Below, piece after piece: positions 33,082 through 39,597 of a stretch of 39,597 nt of DNA. This stretch comes from Hydrurus foetidus. Taxonomy: Eukaryota. The position numbers and the translations under genes are program-made. The notes below the pieces were generated by a model. It was not told the origin of the DNA. It worked only from the letters and a program-made list of their open reading frames with translations, and made no database searches. Every line of letters begins with the position of its first letter. Positions within the stretch are counted from its first letter, which is position 1. The DNA is taken from assembly GCA_900617105.1 (NCBI GenBank), contig UYFQ01000291.1, positions 1-39,597 on the forward strand. The letters run 5' to 3'.

Positions 33082-34739
33082 CAACAGCCAAAACTTCTCA
33101 AGGTAATCTCTCGCTAACTTAATGTGTTCGTCCTGATGATCACGGTACTTGTCTAAAAATAGATTTACTGACACATCAAAATGCTCCTGACAATGAGACT
33201 TTGATAAAGATCTTAAATCATTTAAGAACAACTTTTTTGAATTCTCGTCCGTGTAATGGCGATTTTTCATACATTGCATCATATGAAAGTAACACCTTCC
33301 ATTTATAATGTTAGGATATGCCATTGATAGGCCGTTGAAGATAGCAGGAGCTGCATCGCTCATTAATTTCGATGGTAAGAAGTTGGGAATGTATTTAACC
33401 AAAGAGTCACCTGAATAATATAAGAATATTAAAATTAGAAAAAATATAGATAACTATAATAAAATATATATTACCTATAAACTGGAACATCATTGCGTCC
33501 TCATTCGTGCTCATTGAAATAGCCAATGGATGAAATACTCTCGCCATATCTGAGACACCTGAAATGATATGATATGTTAAGATTAGTTGTACACAAAATG
33601 TACAACTTATATAAAGTGCATTTATATTAGCTCAACAGTTTTACTGAATTTACCAACGATGATGGTCGGATAGCCATGTGAGTTTGTTTTGTGCGTTCCA
33701 TCAGCTTGTAGACAGTTGCGAACGTCTGCTGTAGGTGATGAAGAATCAATACCATGATAGAGCAGCCTATAGCTAGATATGACAGCAATGAAACGAGGTT
33801 TCAGAGCTACCGATGTATCCTAGTGAATAAGAAAAAGGTTCAGAATTTGAGGAATTGTTGTATAATGTAGTCATATCATAAAGTTAGATCTTTTATTCTC
33901 ACCAACATGTAATTAAGCACAAAAGGAGTGTTAAAAGTCCCTTCATCTTCTGCATTGACCGTCGATGGACCATGTCCAATGCACCACTCCTCTAAGTCGT
34001 TAGGAGTAGGATTGTACTTCGACGACTTCCTTTTCTTGAATGCTTGAATGTAGTTATTGAGTTTTGAGATCTCCGGATCCGGTGGGAAAGACGCCTTCAT
34101 TGATTCATCGGATAGGGACCTCTTGGAGCGAAAAAAAGCAAGAATATCTCGGGAAGATTTCCGATCCTCAGCAAAGGCTTGCTCAATGATCAGCTTTTGT
34201 TCACCCGATAGACCACGCTGATCACTCAATATCTCAGAGGTGGGATGAGTATGATCGCCGGTAGAGTAAGACACAAACGATCCAGAATCTCCCAGTCTCC
34301 GGTACTTCTTTTTGTAATAGCAACCCTTGATGCGACACACAAAAGTGTGAACATCAGTTGACGATGAACCTATCTTAGAGTAGTTTGACTCAGCAGCATC
34401 TTTTTGGACTTCATCCAAACTACTGTAACTAATGAAATCGTTTCCCAATTCGTCCAAACAGTCACTCCAAATTGCTCCTGTCCCACGAAACCGTCGGTTG
34501 GATTGAGATGGATCTCCTACATCATCCCCATTTTCCTCTATGGCTGATTGAGGAGATGATGGTTCAGAAATGTCTTCATCGTCGAATCCAGTTTCTTCAC
34601 CCAATGCAATCTCTGCAAGAAACATCATCGCAAACTGCCTTCCACAGGGAACGACGGCTGTCTTAGATGCATACTGGTGGTCGACTACTACACATGCACG
34701 TAGAGAATGTAAAATTGATGGATATCGCCAGATTTTCAT
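33079..34739 (-). pseudogene. MULE-family DDE transposase, 3'-truncated; exons about 34739-33903, 33819-33654, 33558-33475, 33410-33079
   Basis: The spliced frame gives LQADGTHKTNSHGYPTIIVGVSDMARVFHPLAISMSTNE (first Asp), LMSDAAPAIFNGL (second Asp) and RCYFH (CxxH), plus an N-terminal C-x4-C...HTH zinc-finger-like region. It ends at LEKFWLL* at the (CACAT)n boundary, before the catalytic Glu. The start codon is uncertain. Confidence 0.9.
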
Positions 34740-35859
34740 GGGAAATGAAAAACATTTGATGCGTATACCTCAATTCAGGTGATGATTCTAATGGAAATTA
34801 TTTTGAAGAAGTCTCCCAAAAATTGAGCGAGCATGCCGAGAATTTAATCGCGGAAAGTACGGATTTTTTTTTGAGCGGATTTACCGGAATTTGATCGTAA
34901 TAATTAAATTCTGATTTTGGATAAATATATTCCTTCGTTACATGTTACCTACAGTATACGGAACTTTAGGCTACAATTCACGGGAACGCTAAAAAGTTTC
35001 CCATATAACGGTGTATATGCTGCGCATAAAGAACCGACCATAACTGCCGTAGGCTTTGCGGTGTAGTTATACAGTATGATTTGTTCTGTATTGAATAGAT
35101 AGTTTTGACGAGGAATCTCCTGGGAATTCTTTCCTGAGAAGCCTTTCCGCTTCATTTCAGAAATAGCTACTACTCTCAGACTACTCATGACTATGTTTTG
35201 CAACAAATCACAACTGCAACTGAACCCGCAGAACACTCCCCAGAGTGCCTGGGCTGCCACTCCTTTTATTATCTTTAAATGATTCAAAGCATGAATAGAA
35301 TTTATATCTAAATTCTATAAATTCAAATATCGCTGGAGCGTTAATATGACAGCGTATTTACATACAGAATATGATATCTAATATTTTGCGTCTACAGCAG
35401 TGCCTCTGCTCTCCGAAACTGACTTTTGGAATACAGCTCCAATTGCTCCACGATTTCGATCCTGGATTGTCAGGTATATTTGAAGATCAGATCAATTTTC
35501 AGAAGCGAAATCAGAGCTGGAGTGAATTCAAAATCAAGAGTGTCCAGGAATATCTTACCTGATGCACTCCAAACCCTCTGCTCCCCACAGCTGGAAGGAG
35601 CATTACAGCTCGGCTAGCATCCGTGTTCTGCACCTAAAGTAATAAACACATTTTAGAGTGGTTTTGAAGGTCAAAATTTGTTTTGGAGGGCGCTATCAGT
35701 TTCTTGAGAGTACTTATAGAGTGATTTTTCAGAGGATGCATCGTAAAATGATCATATTTAGACCATGAGATAAAGAATTGATGATTCTGCAGCGATGAAA
35801 CTTGAGAATCATACCTGATGATCAAGCACTTAATGCTCCTTGCTCGTTTTGGGCACTGC

Positions 35860-36076
35860 TGTGGCCTTGCCAGGATCTGGGCGTTGGGAGCGGGACGGCT
35901 GGGAGCGGGAGCAAGGGAAAGGAAGCTGGGAGAGCTATTGCGATGGAAACAATGTGGTTAGCTTACAGGTAAACACAGCAGGTATCATGGCAATGAATCG
36001 GATGGATCGGATCGTCCTCGATCCGGTCCGAACGTACGCCTGTACCCGTACAGCCCGTACGGGTGTGCGGGTCACA
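35860..36076 (-). repeat. Putative 3' LTR (217 bp)
   Basis: Starts TGTGACC on the minus strand 3 nt after the PPT; the plus strand starts TGTGGCC at 35860 (6/7 inverted repeat). The left boundary is inferred from the inverted repeat only. Confidence 0.7.
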
Positions 36077-36079
36077 GTG

Positions 36080-36092
36080 CCCCTCTCTCTCT
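36080..36092 (-). other. Polypurine tract (plus-strand primer) of the chromovirus
   Basis: AGAGAGAGAGGGG on the minus strand, followed by CAC and the LTR TG. Confidence 0.85.
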
Positions 36093-36286
36093 AAAGGGGT
36101 GTACTAAATGACAAAATTCATCATCAAAATACTAACTATGAGTAAGTAACTAACTTATTGAATAACTATTTCAGACTGAGAACTGAGAGTTCCTTACTGA
36201 ATAAACCTCCCTAAAATCCCTGAGGATCCAATTTAGGAGGAATCTTTATGATTTAGTTAATCAATTTTTTGTTTTATTTTTACCGG

Positions 36287-39200
36287 TTAACGGTAGTTTG
36301 CGATGAATTCGCGTGGTATTAAGTGTTTGAGGTTCTTTTTGATTAAGAACTCATGTACTTTTTGCGCTTTACGCATGTGTGTCCACGGTTCCCATGTGTT
36401 GTGTTCATGGGTGTAGTTGAGCCATTTCACATGAAATGTGAGTGATTTGTATGCTCTTATGTTTCCTTTCATTTCTAGGATTTCCTCTATGAAGAATTCT
36501 AGATAATCTCTACGAGCGATGTCAGTTGGATCGACATGCGTAGGATCAAAGTGAAACGGTTTTAGTTGGGTCATGTGGTACAACTTTTCTTTGTGTGTTA
36601 CCAGATCGAGTAATGTATACTCTGCGAAGTTGTGGCTGACAACTCGCATTGGGCCGCGCCACAGTGTGTGCATGCGCGTTTCTGGTGATGTTCTTTGTTG
36701 GACAAGTACAAATGTGTCGACTCCGAACTGTGTGACGTTGGGAAGTTGTTGTGCATTGTGCAAGTCGTCGGATTCTTTGAGTAGACGTGCGGTAATTTCG
36801 ATGAGTTCATCTTGCAACGTTAACATTTTATCAGTTGATCTGTGTGAGTCGAAATCTAAATCAATTTCATCTCTCGGGAGGAGGATGTTTGCGTCGAGGT
36901 CGATCGCGTTGCCATAGATGAGTTGTGCTGGAGACACTTTCATCCGGTCATTTACGGTTGAATTTAGTATTCTTTGTACAAACGGTAATATTTCCGCGTA
37001 GTTTTCCGTAGTTGCGCGTTCGTATGCGTACGCGGTTATATGGCGATTGATTTCTTTGTTGATTCGCTCGACGATAGCGTTTTCTTCTGAACAGTATGGT
37101 AATATTTTGTTGTGTGTTGTTCCAACAATCTTCACAAACTCATCTATGATGTGGCTTGCGAAGTGGGGTCCATTATCTGATCGAAGTATACATGGTGAGC
37201 CGTAGCGTCCCACGTGTTCTACAAGTGCTGTGCACGCCGATTTGGCTGTTGCATCAGGTGTTGCGTAGAGTTCGACAAACCTTGAGAAGGTGTCGATCAT
37301 AACAAGGATATATCCTTTATCGGGAAATGGACCAATGAAGTCTATGTTAAGGCATTCCATTGGCTTGTATGTTGAGGTTGTGTACCGGTATGCGTTGATG
37401 GGATATTTCATTGCCGACATCTTTTGGCAACACGGACAGTTTTTAATGAATGTTTTTACTGCGTCACGCATTCCCAGCCATATGTTATTTGTTTTTTTTA
37501 AATTACGCAGTGTGCGTTGTACACCACCATGTCCGACTATTGTGTTGTGGCACGTTGCAATTAGGTTATATTGCTCTGTCGTTATTGGTTTGTGTGTCAG
37601 AATAGCTGCAATTATTCCTGTTTTAGGAGGCATTCTGTTTTTACATAGGCGAGACATTGCGTCAGCAATTTCATTTTGTTTTCCCGGGATGTACCCTATC
37701 GTATATTCTAGTTCCTGCAGGGCCATACGCCATCTGCCGACCATTTCGTTTTTATCCTTTTCTAGGAACGTAAGATTTTTGTGGTCTGTTAGGATTGTGA
37801 ATTTACGGTCTCGTAGCAGTGCGTCGAGATAAGTGCAGCAATAATATAGCGCGAAGGCTTCTTTTTGTATCACTGACCATTTCAGTTGAGTCTTGGTAAG
37901 AGACTTGCTTACGAGAGCGACGAGTTGTTTTTCCCCGTCGACTTCTTGATACAAATAGCCGCCGATCCCGTAATCTGACGCATCGGTCATGAGGGTAATC
38001 GGTGCTGTATCATGTATGAAATATAATAAAGGACTCTTTGCAATTAGATCTTTTATCTTTTGAAAAGAATTTGCGGCGTCATCTGTCCAGATTAGCATTG
38101 TTTGCTTTTTCGCGGCATGATCTATGATTTTGTGCAGTGGTGCGACCACGTTGGAGTGATTTGGTACATGATCCCGAAAATAATTGGTGAGTCCGAGGAA
38201 CGATCTAAGTTCAGTCGTCTTTCGTGGCATAGGAAAGTCGGTCACACCTCTTATTTTTTTGGAACTCATAGTTATACCTTCTTTAGATATTTGTCTACCG
38301 ACATATTCAACTATTCGCACATTTAGCTTTAGCTTTGCGGCTTTTAGTGAAATGTTTTTGTTTTCTAGGCGTTGAAAAAGTATTTCTAATCGCTCGCAGA
38401 ATTGATCAAATCCATTACCATAAACGATGATGTCGTCGAGGTATACTTCACAGATTTGGTATATTAGTCCTAAAAGAACTATTGAGGCCATCATTTCTTG
38501 GAAATATGAGGGGGCTCTTTTGGGTCCGAAAGGTAATCGGGTAAAGTGGTAGATGCCCATAAATGTTATGAAAGCTGTATACACACGTGTACTTAGAGTT
38601 AACGGTGCTTGGTGATATCCCGCTGTGAGGTCTATTACACCGAATGTGTCTGCTTTTGTGAACCTAATCTCGCTAACATTTGTTTAATATTAGGGATTGG
38701 CCAGCTTGCTGATTCCGTTGCGTCGTTGAGGTGACGATAGTCTATACAGAATCGGTATGAACCGTCTGGCTTTGCCGCGAGTGTTACTTGCGAATAGTAT
38801 GATGCCTCTGATTTGACTATTATACCCTGTTCAAGCATAGTTTCAACTTGTTTTCGGATTTCGACTTGTTTTCGTGTAGACGTTGGTCGTGGTGCTACGC
38901 GGTTTTTGAAAACTTTCCACTCTGGATCCCGTACGGGTAGTCAAAAGGGGGAATTCGCGCGGGCTCTGGGCCGAGTTTGTTGTTGAATAGCTTTATGTGT
39001 TTGACACAAATTGCTCTAATTTTAGCTTGTTGTTCAGGGGTACCATCGATTTGTATAAGATCGATGAGGTACATTTTGTCCTCTGTTGGATTGTCTTGGA
39101 AAGGAGCGAAGGTATCCTTCGACTTGTAGTCAATCTCTTCGGGTCCGAAGGGTTGAACCTCTGGGAGTTCTTCACGCTCCCGGAGTAGAGCAGCAACTAA

Positions 39201-39597
39201 ACCACGTGTTTGGGCTGGTGCCTTGGATGAGGGAGTAGGAGTAGCTAATTCCGGACTCCTGTCGGTTGTTACACCTAAATCATTTTGTCGGGGAGGTGAC
39301 AACAAAACTGCTGCCTCGACCGTAGAGTGCAAAATGAACTCATCAGGAACTAGCCTAGCCGCTGCCGCAGCTAAGCTAGTGGGACACCCACATGAAGGAG
39401 TGCATGTCTTGCTTGTACAAGCACCTCGAGCCACCAGGTCGTCTTGCCATCGACTGTCTGTGTCTGAGGGTTTTATCCCCTCTCGGCTAGTTATAACCGG
39501 AGGTAAGGTTGGACTTGTAATACTCGTAATTGTGTCCGACTCTGTATCTAAGATGAGTGGAACGTCCACGTGGTTCAATACCATGTTTGTGGATTGA
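36287..39597 (-). CDS. pol: Pol polyprotein (RT, RNase H, integrase, chromodomain) with two 1-nt frameshifts
   Basis: RT: KPDGSYRFCIDYR, DLTAGYHQ, RLPFG, YLDD. RNase H: TDASDYGIG, KEAFA, TDHKNL. Integrase: H..H..CPCC, IDFIGP, SDNGPHF, IVERINK and a GPY/F-like LWRGPMRV. Chromodomain: FFIEEIL...FHVKWLNYTHEHNTWEP. Frames join by adding one base at about 38939 and one in the T4 run at 38654-38657. Confidence 0.93.

Larger units (their letters stand above)
30709..34933 (-). mobile_element. Mutator-like (MULE) DNA transposon, 4225 bp, with truncated transposase and captured host-gene fragments
   Basis: Exact 10-bp direct repeat TTCGTTACAT at 30699-30708 and 34934-34943. The element begins GGA and ends TCC. 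The first about 76 bp (GGATGATAATTATCGAGAATCA...TCCGTTCAAAATAAATTCCGT) align at roughly two-thirds identity with the reverse complement of the right end (GGAATATATTTATCCAAAATCA...TCCGCTCAAAAAAAAATCCGT). A MULE transposase lies inside. Confidence 0.85.
35860..39597 (-). mobile_element. Ty3/Gypsy LTR retrotransposon (chromovirus), 3' part; continues beyond the right edge
   Basis: RT-RNaseH-integrase-chromodomain order, followed by a polypurine tract and a TG...CA LTR. Confidence 0.95.

Noticed and set aside
34949..35825. Short ORFs between the MULE and the right LTR
   Set aside because: No recognisable motif or consistent exon chain could be built.
1541..36076. The two LTRs as ends of one giant element
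   Set aside because: They differ in sequence and length, and their coding regions extend out of opposite window edges.
38654..38940. Programmed ribosomal frameshifting in pol
   Set aside because: The breaks fall within or just before RT rather than at the gag-pol junction, and there are two of them; indels are more likely.

Overview
Eukaryotic nuclear DNA with GT-AG spliceosomal introns and the standard genetic code. It is probably from a stramenopile/ochrophyte alga, inferred only from targeting-peptide style. Both window edges hold partial minus-strand LTR retrotransposons with different LTRs. The left one has a 5' LTR and a gag with a CCHC knuckle; the right one is a Ty3/Gypsy chromovirus pol (RT-RNaseH-IN-chromodomain) with a PPT and 3' LTR. 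Between them lie a secreted mucin-like protein built of about 36 x 20-aa repeats that are 25% Met, MAT1 (7 exons, with a 1.9-kb two-unit pentamer satellite in intron 6), and a VARP/ANKRD27-like VPS9 protein carrying RCC1 repeats instead of ankyrins. These are followed by V-ATPase subunit D, a double B-box/transmembrane protein, a DUF6687-like protein, a GNAT acetyltransferase and a mitochondrial carrier. The main novelty is a 4.2-kb Mutator-like element (30709-34933) with a perfect 10-bp TSD and diverged TIRs. It carries a truncated intron-containing transposase and a captured, intron-retaining amino-acid permease fragment, i.e. a Pack-MULE-like structure. All gene models and family assignments were made by eye from motifs and splice phases; no searches were run.
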